Under the pieces are notes generated by a model that saw nothing but the letters and a program-made list of their open reading frames with translations, made no database searches and had not been told where the DNA came from. DNA of 64,000 nt from the human T2T-CHM13v2.0 reference genome, Homo sapiens. Shown here piece by piece: positions 31,646 through 44,380 of this stretch; position 1 is the stretch's first letter; every line of letters begins with the position of its first letter. Location of the stretch: the NCBI RefSeq assembly GCF_009914755.1, contig NC_060938.1; one strand, written 5' to 3'. A program made the position numbers and the translations under genes.

Positions 31646-32238
31646 TGTTACTGGTGGAAGGTGTCCAGGTTCTTGGCGTCTTGAACAAATAATTGGACAA
31701 AACGCACAAAGTGAGGAAAGCAAAAGCACAGATTTATTGAAAATGATAGTACACTCCACAGTGTGGGAGCAGGCCGGAGCATAGGGGCTCATGAGCCCCG
31801 GTTACAGAATTTTCTGGGGTTTCAATACTCTCTAGACGTTTTCCACTGGTTACTTGGTATATGTTCTATGTATATGAAGACAATGAAGATAAGTTACAAA
31901 GTCATTTACTCAGAATGTGCCCAGAATATGTAAATGGAGAGGATGTTATTTGGTGTGTGCGGTCTATGTAAATGCAGAGGACGAATGTGAAGTTACAAAG
32001 TGTAAATGGAGCGGATGTCACTTGGCGTGTGTGGTCTATGTAAATGGAGAGGATGTCACTGTGTGTGCGGTTTATGTAAATGGAGAGGATGAATGTGAAG
32101 TTACAAAGTGTAAACGGTGTAAATGGAGAGGATGAAGTGAGGTTACAAAGCCATTTATATTCCATTTGATTTTGTTCTAGGAAGTCAGCATGGATCAGCC
32201 TTACGTTCATGGCCTCCAGGCCCTATTCTCCTGCCTCA
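31646..32238 (-). mobile_element. MER61-family solo LTR (ERV1) with internal tandem repeats
   Basis: Minus strand starts TGAGGCAGGAGAATAGGG, contains GAGTAAATGACTTTGTAAC and CATCCTCTCCATTTACAT, ends CTGGACACCTTCCACCAGTAACA; perfect 4-bp TSD CAGG. Confidence 0.88.
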
Positions 32239-32278
32239 CAGGGACCGGCCAGGATCTCTATCCTTACAGCACGTTGGA

Positions 32279-32357
32279 ATGTATATGCTCCTCTCCCCAC
32301 ATCGCCTTAGGGAGCAGGCAGGTGTCAGGGGCAGCATAAGGACGGCCAACAGGACAG
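32279..32357 (+). CDS. Candidate coding exon 1 of a spliced 100-aa ORF (MYMLLSPHRLREQAGVRGSIRTANRT)
   Basis: ATG at 32279 (G at -3); donor CAG|GTGCAT, phase 1; acceptor TCTCTATCCTTACAG ends at 32269; no homology evidence. Confidence 0.4.
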
Positions 32358-32554
32358 GTGCATAAGTAAGACTGATACAATTTGAGGGCTCAGCTCTGAG
32401 AATACTCTAAACAGGATCCAAATAACATTGTTGCCTCCTAACCAGCAGGTGGGAGCTCAAGAGAAAGACTAGACTTGTTCCACATTAAATAAGTAATAGT
32501 ATTTTTTGCCTTGAACATCTTGATCATAATATCAATTAAATGTGTGGCCCTGAT

Positions 32555-33270
32555 TCAATAGCTACCATTTATTGAGCATCTATTTTGTGCCAGACTTGCT
32601 GCTGGTATTTGATAGTGCAGTGCCTGACAAGTAGACACACTGGCTTAAATGTCATTGTTACTGGTATTATTGTTACAATGATGTTTTAATCCTCCCAATG
32701 TAATTAAGCCTTTATCATAAAGATCATAAGATGTTCACTTTACTTATTTCCTTGTCCTTTTCTTCCTCCGTGCATGCTTGCTTGCACAAGGGAAGTCACT
32801 AGTAATTGATTAACTTCCTACCCTAACCCCCAGGGCTGCCTGCAAGATTGATGAACTGTTTTTCTTTCAAAGAACAATGATCCTTAGGTCATGCAGACCT
32901 CCTTGATAGCATCTAGGAGTTTGTTTGGGCCGAGGAACTCAAACAGTTTTGAGTATTGGGGGAACCCATCTCCTGCATACCTGCTTTGCTCATAAAAGCC
33001 CCCAGTTATGTTAAAAGGCAGATTGGATTTGAGAGGCTGCTTCTCCTGCCTTCTTGCTTTAGCCGAGTCAAATAAACCTTCCTCTGCTTCTAAGTGCTGA
33101 TGTGTCGGTGTTAGGTTTGCTGTATATCAGGTACATGAACCCAAAATTTGGGGTTTGATAACACTAACAGCTCTGCACAGTAAATATTGTCATCCAGTCT
33201 TACTAATGGGGAAAACATGTGCACAGGACTTGCCCAAGGTCACACATTTAATCAGTGGCAAAGTCAGAGT
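32555..33270 (-). mobile_element. MIR SINE split by an LTR
   Basis: CCATTTATTGAGCA...TTTAATCCTC then GACTTGCCCAAGGTCACACA. Confidence 0.75.
32699..33163 (+). mobile_element. ERV1-class solo LTR, subfamily unresolved
   Basis: TGTAAT...GATAACA termini, CATAAAA at 32991, AATAAA near 33071, TSD CCAA/CTAA. Confidence 0.7.
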
Positions 33271-33569
33271 TAAAAATATTTATGTACTTTTTTTTGTTTT
33301 TATAATTCAAGGATGTATCACTATTTTATGTACCACGAAGAAAGAAAAACAGCTAACTATTAAACTATAATACAGTATTTCCTTCGCATTTAGAATTTTT
33401 GTTGTAAACTCATTATAAAGAGCTCTTTTAAACTCAGTTAGACATAGGCTTTGCTTATTTATTGTGCTTTTGCATATATAGAAAAGAAAATATGAGTGAA
33501 ATAAATTGGTTAATTATTTTAAAAATATCTTCACCTTCAAACCCTTCTTTTTTTAAATATTGTTTTTAA

Positions 33570-33906
<337 letters not shown>

Positions 33907-34004
33907 GAGAAACCCTACTTCTTTTAAATAACTTTCCAACTCAGAGTTATAGATATCCTCTGTGTGATCAAGGGTGTTGGCAATGCAATATTAAAAAAAA
34001 AAAA

Positions 34005-35134
<1,130 letters not shown>

Positions 35135-35445
35135 GTATTAGTCTGTTCTCATGCTGCTACTAAAGACATACCCGAGACTGGGTAAATTATAAAGGAAAGA
35201 TATTTAATTGACTCACAGTTCAGCATGGCTGGGGAGGCCTCAGGAAACTTACAATCATGGCAGAAGGAGAAGCAAACACGTCCTTCTTCACATGTCGTCG
35301 TCATCAAGGAGAAGTGCTGAGCCAAAGGGGGAAAAGCCCTTGAGAAAACCATCAAGTCTTGTGAGAACTCACTCACTATCATGAGAACAGCAGCATGGGG
35401 GTAACAGCCCCACCTGATTCATTTACCTCCCACTGGGTCCCTTCC
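35135..35445 (-). mobile_element. THE1-type MaLR LTR, truncated
   Basis: TGTATTAGTCTGTTCTCATGCTGCT...GGGGAGGCCTCAGGAAACTTACAATCATGGCAGAAGG. Confidence 0.9.
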
Positions 35446-35494
35446 ATTTATCAACTTTGGCGTCCCCACAGCTCCAGGGTGGGGAAAGAGGAAA

Positions 35495-35610
35495 TAATAC
35501 TTTCCCTCTTTTACAGAAGACGGGTTGAAGATCCGAGAGGCTGAGTCACTTCCACAAAGTAACACAGCTGGTAAGTTCCAAGGCTGGGCTTCTTGCTCCA
35601 AGACTGGTGC
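35495..35610 (-). mobile_element. MIR SINE (antisense; hosts candidate exon 2)
   Basis: TTTTACAGA...GAGAGGCTGAGTCACTT...CACAGCTGGTAAGT follows the antisense MIR core. Confidence 0.75.
35517..35570 (+). CDS. Candidate coding exon 2, 54 nt, MIR-derived (EDGLKIREAESLPQSNTA)
   Basis: Strong acceptor CTTTCCCTCTTTTACAG and consensus donor CTG|GTAAGT; symmetric phase 1-1, open in the frame set by exon 1. Confidence 0.45.
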
Positions 35611-36166
35611 TAGTTCTGGAGGAACCAGGACGCTCCTGGATTTATCCTCTGGAGTTTATGGAGCAGACCGTGCACTGCCCTACTCAAAGTATCTTGGGTG
35701 TAAATGAGAAGTAGACTACACATGAGAGGGAAATTTTGGGCTGAGCTGGACTTTATAATAAGAGAAAGTGATTGGAAAGCTGTGGGATTTGCTGAGAGAC
35801 CTTTGGGAAAGGAACAAGGACATTCAAAAGAGGGTTTGGGGAAAATAAAGCCATTTCTGGTTTGTACCACCCCCTTTGGTCTTATGCAGCACCCTGCCTG
35901 GGAGCCCACACCTTGCTCGACCTGTGAGGGGCACTCCACCAATGTCTGTTCAATGACTCCGGGAATGGATCAGGTGTCAAACCCTGTTAGGCTATGTGTG
36001 GGTGGATTTGACTTGGGGTTCAGTCCTGGGGATGCTATTACAGAACCATAATTGGTTTCTCAGAGGTGATTTAGTCCCTTGTTAGCAGACTAGAACACTT
36101 GAGGACTTCAATCTACTGACATTTAGATTGCCTTGGGAGAACAGCCAGCAATTCTTACACCCACAG

Positions 36167-36336
36167 ATTTTAAATGCCTGCATTCAGCATCCCTGCAGCA
36201 GGCTCCAGGTGGAATTCTAATGGGACCAGCCTCCAGTCCCTGGACCTTAGCCGTGGAAGGAGAGAAGAGGACATCTGCACCTCCTCTCAGAGAAAGCCTG
36301 ATGCCTACTAAAGGACTTGGGTGGTGGACGCAGTGA
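36167..36336 (+). CDS. Candidate terminal coding exon (DFKCLHSASLQQ...MPTKGLGWWTQ*)
   Basis: Acceptor TTCTTACACCCACAG, branch-like CTGAC at 36116-36120, same frame as track ORF 36133..36336, TGA at 36334-36336; variant polyA signal AATAGA at 36704-36709. Confidence 0.4.
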
Positions 36337-37228
36337 CCCTCAGTCTGGAGCTTGTTCACTGAACATTGGAGACTATCATTTGCGCAGATGGTCTTGGGCC
36401 TCTATGAGCAGCAGGCTGCACCCCACAGTGACCTCCTCATTCTACTCTGAGGCATCTTCATGAAAGCAGATGTCCATTGAAAAGCACCCAAGTGCAGTCT
36501 CAGCTGATGAACTTCAGAGGCGATTGAGACAAAGGCTCTCGGTCCCCTCTGCCCTTGGATGGTGCCTCTGGTATGCACTTGGCCTCTGTGTCTTTATTTA
36601 GACTGGTCACTTCACAACCCATCATGTCACCCCACCCCTAACCGTGCCCACTCTGGGTCCTCCCCTCAACTGCCTGACTTCCCACTTTGAGCTCAGCAAA
36701 GGCAATAGATGTTTTGTCTGCTTCGATACCCTAAATGCATGGCGTGGAAGCTGGCACACAGTGGGCCCTTGAAATTTGGGAGTGAATATGTATATATATT
36801 ATATTCCAACCTCAACTTTCCTCACTGCTCCTCATAGTAGGAATGGATTGTAAAACTTCCCAGAATGTTCAAGAGGAGAAAGGAGAGAAAGCAGCCTGGA
36901 ATTTGAGCTAAGGGGCCCACAGCCCAGCCACCAAGCCATCTGTAAAATGGGGTGGGAATATGACATGAGCCACAGGGGTGCTATGAGGGTTAATGAGGTC
37001 ACCGTGCGATGTACCATGCCAACATGAATAACCAGACCTCTTGATATCATCATTTCTGCATTGCCTGGAAAGTGCCTGATACACACTACATACTCAACAA
37101 GTGTGATGGGGTGTCCAGAGGAAACTGGTCTATAGAATAATTTTTATACCAGGCTATACTTTCCTTTCAAAGTTCAAAGCTGTGTTTGCATTCTGGAATG
37201 GAGTCCTTGCTCCAGGAGGGAAGCCTTG

Positions 37229-38635
37229 TGTATTAGGGTTCTCTAGAGAGACAGAACATATATATATATATAACATATATGTTATATAACATATATATGT
37301 ATATAATATATAACATATAAAACATATATGTTATATAACATATATGTATATAATATATATAACATATATAGCATGCATGTTATATAACATATATAGCATG
37401 TATGTTATATAACATATAGCATGTATATATGTATATATGTATGTGTATATGTGTATACGTATATACACACATATATGTGTATACGTATATACACACATAT
37501 ATGTGTATACGTATATACACACATATATGTGTATACGTATATACACACATATATGTGTATACGTATATACACACATATATGTGTATACGTATATACACAC
37601 ATATATGTGTATACGTATATACACACATATATGTGTATACGTATATACACACATTGGGGTCTGTATATGCACACACACGTGTGTGTATATGCACATATGT
37701 GTCTATGTGTATATGCACACATGTGTGTCTATGTGTATATGCACACGTGTGTATATGTATATGTGTATATACACACACGTGTGTATATGTATATACGTAT
37801 ATACACACACGTGTGTATATGTATATACGTATATACACACATGTGTGTATATGCATATACGTATATGTACACACACATGTGTGTATATGCATATACGTAT
37901 ATGTACACACGTGTGTGTATGCATATACGTATATGTACACACGTGTGTGTATGCATATACGTATATGTACACACACGTGTGTGTATGCATATACGTATAT
38001 GTACACACACGTGTGTGTATGCATATACGTATATGTACACACACGTGTGTGTATGCATATAGGTATATGTACACACACGTGTGTGCATATACGTATACAC
38101 ACACGTGTGTGTGCATATACGTATACACACACGTGTGTGCATATACGTATACACACACGTGTGTGCATATACGTATACACACACGTGTGTGCATATATAA
38201 CATGTATAACATGTATATAACATATTATATATAAAAATACTTTATATATATATATGGGAATTTATTAAGTATTAACTTACATGATCACAAGGTCCTACAA
38301 TAGGCCGTCTGCAAGCTGAGGAGCAAGGAGAACCAGCCTGAGTCCCAAAACGGAAGAACTTGGAGTCCGATATTCCAGGGCAGGAAGCATCCAGCAAGGG
38401 AGAAAGATTCAGGATGAGAGGCTAGGCTAGTCTCTGCTTTTCACATTTTTCTGCCTGCTTTATATCTGCCAGCAGCTGATTACATTGTGCCCACCAGGTT
38501 AAGGGTGGATCTGCCCTCCCCAGCCCACTGACTCAAATGTTAGTCTTTTTTGGCAAGACTCTCACAGACACACCCAGGATTAATACTTTGTATCCTTCAG
38601 TCCAATCAAGTGGACACTCAGTATTGACCATCACA
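37229..38635 (-). mobile_element. MLT2A (HERV-L) solo LTR with expanded internal microsatellite
   Basis: TGTATTAGGGTTCTCTAGAG...GTCTGCAAGCTGAGGAGCAAGG...CAGCCCACTGACTCAAATGTTA...CCATCACA. Confidence 0.9.
37258..38255. repeat. About 1-kb compound alternating purine-pyrimidine array
   Basis: 26-bp unit ATATGTGTATACGTATATACACACAT x8 (ACGT at 37457, 37483...37639), then 26-34 bp palindromic units with 14 CACGTG. Confidence 0.97.
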
Positions 38636-38638
38636 CTC

Positions 38639-40906
38639 TGTATTAGTTCGTTTTTCATGCTGCTGATAAAGACATACCTGAAACTGGGAACAAAAAGAAG
38701 TTTAAATGGACTTACAGTTGCATGTGGCTGGAGAGGCCTCAGAATCATGGCAGGAGGTCAAAGGCACTTCTTACATGGGAGCAGCAAGAGAAAAATGAGG
38801 AGGAAGCAAAAGCAGAGACCACTGAGAAACCGTCAGATCTCATGAGACATGTTCACTATCGTGAGAACAACAAGGGGAAGACCAGCCCCCGTGATTCAAT
38901 TACCTCCCACTGGGTCCCTCCCACAACATATGGGAATTCTGGGAGATATAATTCAAGTTGAGATTTGGGGAGGGGGGACACAGAGACAACCATATCATCC
39001 TGTCCCTGGCCCATCCAAATCTCATCTCCTCACGTTCAAAACCAATCATACCTTCCCAAAAGTCCCCTAAAGTCTTAACTCATTTCAGCATTAACCCAAA
39101 AGCCCACAGTCCAAAGTCTCATATGAGACAAAGCAAGTTCCTTCTGCCCGTGAGCCTACAAAATCAAAAGCAAGCTAGTTACTTCCTAGATACAATGGGG
39201 GGTACAGGTATTGGGTAAATACACCCATTCCAAATGGGAGCAATTGGCCAAAACAAAGGGGTTACAGGGCCCAGGCAAGTTTGAAATTCAGCAGGGCAGC
39301 CTAATTTTAAAACTCCAAAATCATCTCCTTTGACTCCAGGTCTCATATATAGGTCATGCTGATGCAAGAGGTCGGTTCCCATGGTCTTGAGCAACTCCAC
39401 CCCTGTGGCTTTGCAGGGTATAGCCTCAGTACTGGCTGCTTTCACTAGCTGGTGTTGAGTGTCTGCGGCTTTTCCAGGTGCACGGTGCAAGCTGTTGGTG
39501 GATCTACCATTCTGGGGTCTGGAGGACAGTGGCCTTCTTCTCACAGCTCCACTGTGCAGTGCCCCAGTGGGGACCCTGTGTGGGGGCTCCGACCCCACAT
39601 TTCCCTTCCGCACTGCCCTAGCAGAAGTTATCCATGAGGGCCCCTCCCCTGCAGCAAACTTTTGCCTGGACATCCAGGTGTTTCCATACATCTTCTGAAA
39701 CCTACATGGAGGTTCCCAAACCTCAATTCTTGACTTCTGTGCACCAGCAAGCTCAATGCCACGTGGAACCTTCCAAGGCTTGGGGCTTCCACCCTCTGAA
39801 GCCACAGCCTGAGCTCTACATTGGCCCCTCTCAGCCACAGTTGGAGTGGCTGCAACACAGGGCACCAAGTCCCTAAGCTGCAAACAGCACGGGGACCCTG
39901 GGCCCAGCCCATGAAACCACTTTTTCCTCCTGGGCCTCCAGGCCTGTGATGGTAGGGGCTGCTGTAAAGACCTCTGACATGCCCTGGAGACATTTTCCCC
40001 ATTGTCTTGGGGATTAACATTCAGCTCCGTATTACTTATGCAACTTTCTGCAACTGGCTTGAATTTCTTCTTAGAAAATGGGTTTTTCTTTTCTATCACA
40101 TTGTCAGGCTGCAAATTTTCCAAACTCTTATGCTCTGCTTCCCGTATAAAACTGAATGCCTTTAACAGCACCCAAGTCACCTCTTGAATGCTTTGCTGCT
40201 TAGAAGTGTCTTCCGCCAGATACCCTTAATCATCTCTCTCAAGTTCAAAGTTCCACAAATCTCTAGGGCAGGAGCAAAATGCCACCAGTCTGTTTGCTAA
40301 AACATAACAAGAGTCACCTTTGCTCCAGTTCCCAAAAAGTTCCTCACCTCCATCTGAGACCACCTGAGCCTGGACCTTATTGTTCATATCACTATCAGCA
40401 TTTTTGTCTAAGCAATTCACGAAGTCTCTAGGAAGTTTCAAATTTTCCCACATTTTCCTGTCCTATTCTGAGCCCTCCAAACGATTCCAACCTCTGCCTG
40501 TTACCCAGTTCCAAAATCGCTTCCACATTTTCAGGTATCTTTTCAGCAATGCCCCACTCTACTGGTACCAATTTACTGTATTAGTTCATTTTCACGCTGC
40601 TGATAGAGACATACTCAAGACTGGGAAGAAAAAGAGGTTTAATTGGACTTACAGTTTCCACATGGCTGGGGAGGCCTCAGAATCATGGTGGGAGGCTGAA
40701 AAAAAAATGAGGAAGAAGCAAAAGCAGAAACCCCTGATAAACCCATCAGATCTCGTGAGACTTATTCACTATCATGAGAATAACATAGGAAAGACCAGCC
40801 CCCATGCTTCAATTACCTCCCCCTGGGTCCCTCCCACAATACATAGGAATTCTGGGAGATAGGATTCAAGTTGAGATTTGTGTGGGGACACAGCCAAACC
40901 ATATCA
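38639..40906 (-). mobile_element. Full-length THE1A MaLR element (3' LTR 38639-38997, internal 38998-40576, 5' LTR 40577-40906)
   Basis: Two direct LTRs TGTATTAGTTC...CCATATCA flanking about 1.6 kb of THE1 internal sequence with the MaLR ORF. Confidence 0.93.
39179..40453 (-). pseudogene. THE1 internal (MaLR) ORF remnant, 425 codons with one internal stop
   Basis: Track ORFs 40226..40453 and 39179..40180 are in the same frame, linked by TAA GGG TAT CTG GCG GAA...CAA GAG. Confidence 0.8.
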
Positions 40907-40939
40907 GCCCACACAATGAGCCTCTTGGCCTGGATCTAA

Positions 40940-41191
<252 letters not shown>

Positions 41192-41741
41192 TAGGGGTTA
41201 CGCCTGAGGCTCTGCAGCCAGGCTACTGGGTTGAAACCTGGCCTCTCTGGGGCTACCCTGACTCTGCCCACCTGCCTGGATGGACATTTGCAGAGCCCCT
41301 CCCAGCTGAACAATCCCTCACCCCAGATTAATAAGGAAATTAAATTTTCATTCTTCCCACTTCTCTCCTCTGTGCTAAATCACTTCTTTGACTTTCTTCT
41401 GTCTCTCTCACTGAAAGATAGAACCCCCTCAAGAGTAAGAGCTGTGTGTCTCATCTCTGCACACCCAACATATAGTGCAATCACTGATGCCCAGGAGGTG
41501 CTCAGACATCTTGCTGAAAGGTGAGCAACCCATGGCACGAAAGACATCAATGGGAGGGATCCCCATCATGTCCTCATTATGTGGGTGAGGCGCTTATCAT
41601 CACATTTCAACATCTCTGAGACTGGAATGCATCTTACAGTCACTGGGTGGTTGCAGTCATTCCTTCTTGAACACATCAATGCTTGCAGAGTGTGGGTGAA
41701 CCATAGAAAATAGCGAAGCACTCTTCTAAGAAATTACTATA

Positions 41742-42232
41742 TGTGGTAGGCAGAATAATGTCACCCCCAGCCTGCAAAGTTGTCCACCTCCTAATATCTG
41801 GAACCTGTGAATATGTTACTTTCCATGGCAGAAGGAGCTTTGCAGATGTGATTAAACTAAGAATCTTGAGAGGGAAAGATGATCCTGGATTATCTGGGTG
41901 GGCGCAGCATAATCACCAAAGTCCACATAAGAGGGAGATAGGAGGGTCAGAGTGAGAGGAGGCTGTGCAGTGATGGAATCACTGGTCAGAGGGATGAGGG
42001 ATGTGGTCACAGGCTGAGGAAGGAGGACCAACCCTAGAACCAGAAAAGACAAGGAGATGGGTTCTTTCCTAGAGCCCCGGAAGGAACACAGCCCTGCAGA
42101 AACTTTGATTATAACTCAGTGAGACTTGTTTTGGGACTCTCACATCCAGAACTGTAAGATAATACGTTTTTCCTGTTTTAGGGCAATAAACGTATGCTAA
42201 TTTTTTATAGCCACAACAGGAAACTAATTACA
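41742..42232 (+). mobile_element. MLT1D MaLR solo LTR
   Basis: TGTGGTAGGCAGAATAATG...GGAACCTGTGAATATGTTAC...CCAGAACTGTAAGATAATA...GGAAACTAAT. Confidence 0.88.
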
Positions 42233-42234
42233 CT

Positions 42235-42462
42235 GCATCTCACCATTTGACAACCATCGTAGTTACAATGGATGCTGGTAAGACTTACCAATGGCAGATA
42301 AAAATGAGGGGGTGAAAGTTTGATGAGAAACGAGATATTTACATACTCTCCAAATATCTGCCTGTAAGATGGTTATTAACTACATGATATGGTTTGGCTG
42401 TGTCCCCATCCAAATCTCATCTTGAATTGTAGTTTCCATAATCCCCACGTGTTGTGGAAGGA
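42235..42462 (+). mobile_element. L1M fragment followed by truncated THE1 LTR 5' end
   Basis: GGGTGAAAGTTTGATGAGAAAC; TGATATGGTTTGGCTGTGTCCCCA at 42386. Confidence 0.65.
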
Positions 42463-42711
42463 ACATGTACATGTCACATGTCAGTTGTTATCATTCCCAC
42501 CCCCACCCCCCTTTTTTTTTTTTAAAAAAAAAAAAGACAAGGTCTTGCTCTGTCGCCCAGGCTGGAGTGCAGTGGCGGGATTACAGCTCACTGCAGCCTG
42601 GAACTCCTGGCCTGCCCTCGTTTTGATGCAGGCTCTGCTCCCTCCTCCCTGGGGGCTGTCCCCTCAGTTGACAAGCACCCCGGCCTTTGTGTTCTCCCCA
42701 CTCCCCACGTG

Positions 42712-42904
42712 GCTGGGCAGCACAGCGGTTATGATCAGCACAGATTGTGGAGTCAGGCTGCCGCGACTCACATCCCAGCTGTGCCACTAACAGCCCTGTG
42801 AACCTGTGTGAATCACTTAATTTTTCCATGCCACTGTCTTCTCATCTGTAAAGTGGGAATAAGAGTTGTGCCTCTCTCATGGGATTGTTGTGAGAGCTCG
42901 ATGA

Positions 42905-42938
<34 letters not shown>

Positions 42939-43260
42939 TGAGATGGAGTCTCACTCTGTCTTCCAGGCTGGAGTGCAGTGGCGCGATCTCCACTCACTTC
43001 AACCTCCGCCTTCCCGGGTTCAAGCAATTCTCCTGCCTCAGCCTCCCGAGTAGCTGGGACTACAGGCACCCGCCACCATGCCCAGCTAATTTTTTGTATT
43101 TTTAGTAGAGACAGGGTTTCACTGTGTTAGCCAGGATGGTCTCGATCTCCTGACCTCGTGATCCGCCCGCCCCGGCCTCCCAAAGTGCTAGGATTAGAGG
43201 CGTGAGTCACTGCGCCTGGCCCTTGATGAGCTTTTATTTATGAAGTGCCTGACATGGTGC
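42712..43260 (+). mobile_element. MIR SINE split by an Alu
   Basis: TTCTCATCTGTAAAGTGGGAATAA...GGATTGTTGTGAG. Confidence 0.8.
42906..43221 (-). mobile_element. AluSc/Y-like SINE
   Basis: Full reverse dimer; TSD CT(C/T)GATGAG. Confidence 0.94.
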
Positions 43261-43317
43261 CAAGGATAAAGAACTGTGAAGATTCTGCCTCTTACCGTTA
43301 GCAAAACTCGACTTCTA

Positions 43318-44380
43318 TCAACAAGGATTTGATGAGCACCTAATAGCCGCCAGGCACTGTGTAAGGCATGAGGATCCCGTATGAACATGACAAAGTCCCT
43401 GGCCTGCCAGAACTAATGGTCTAGGGGAGGGTGCAGAGAAAAAAAGTGGGCAATTATGATATATAGTCCTGTGGGTGCTGCTCAGGTCAGGTGATATGGA
43501 AACATGGAGAAAGGGCTCCTAACCCGGATTGACGGATCACAGAAGGCTGCCTGGAGGAGATGGCAGGAGTGGAAGCCATAAAGGATAAGCAAGAGATGGC
43601 CAGGAGACTGGAGGCAAGAGGTGGTGAGTGGAGGGAAGAGCCTCTGAAAGGTGGAATGAGCGAGCAGAGTGTAAAGGCTACGGGTGGTGAGGGCGGGAGT
43701 GGGGAGGGACGGAGCCAGGGTGTGAGAGAAGGGAATGAAGGAGCTCCCTGGCTGCAGTGCTGAACACCCGTGATAGGGGGTGGGATGACCTCGCAGGGTG
43801 CCCTGGAGGTCCAGGCCTGGGTGCAGTGAGTGGCTGAGGCACGGAGGGCAGGTCAAGGAGAAAAAGGTATAGCTGGGGAGGGGATGAGGATGAAGACGGG
43901 GGAAGGATGAGGGGAGACCAGGATGAGGAGGGGGTGTGAGGATGAGAGGGGACAGGGTGGGGTGAGGGTGAGATTTCTGGCTGAGCCTCAGGGCACCTGG
44001 CGCCCTTCCTGGGGGCTGGAGGAGGATGGGGAGGGGCGGTGAGCTCCAGGTGGTGAGCTCCGTCTGGGACACACCTGCAGGGCCTGCAGGGCACTGAACT
44101 GGAACTGCGTGGCGCGGAGGTGGGCATCAGAAAGCCCGGGAAGGGGGAATCTGGCTGGCATCATCACACAAAGGACGACCGAGTCACCGAGTGAGGAGAG
44201 CTGTGGGTCATAACAGGAGAAGCAGCCGGCGGCAGAACACAGAGGGCCCTGAACATTCAGGAGTCAGGCAAGGAGCACAAGGTCCTCGCTTCCCGGAGTT
44301 TCTGGACGTGAACAGAAAGCAACACTTTGATGATCATGTGGGCAGGAGAGGGATGAACTTTGGTGGGGTGAGGGGCAGGG
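43318..44380 (-). mobile_element. L2 fragment, G-rich
   Basis: TGAGCACCTA...GCCAGGCACTGTG...ACAAAGTCCCTG...GAAGGCTGCCTGGAGGAG; distal boundary uncertain. Confidence 0.65.

Noticed and set aside
31850-31930. p53 response element expected in MER61 LTRs
   Set aside because: Candidate half-sites on the minus strand (GGGCACATTC, GAACATATAC) lack the CWWG core, so no intact RRRCWWGYYY pair.
37331-38234. Overlapping 105-266 aa ORFs rich in Y/T/H/I/C/V/M
   Set aside because: Artefacts of an alternating purine-pyrimidine array that lacks stop codons in most frames.
38470-38615. DUX4-type sites in the MLT2A LTR
   Set aside because: TGATTACATTG and CAGTCCAATCA do not fit TAAYBBAATCA.
42461-42483. Cluster of three ACATGT words resembling a p53 site
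   Set aside because: Cores are 6 and 7 bp apart rather than 10, and flanks mismatch.
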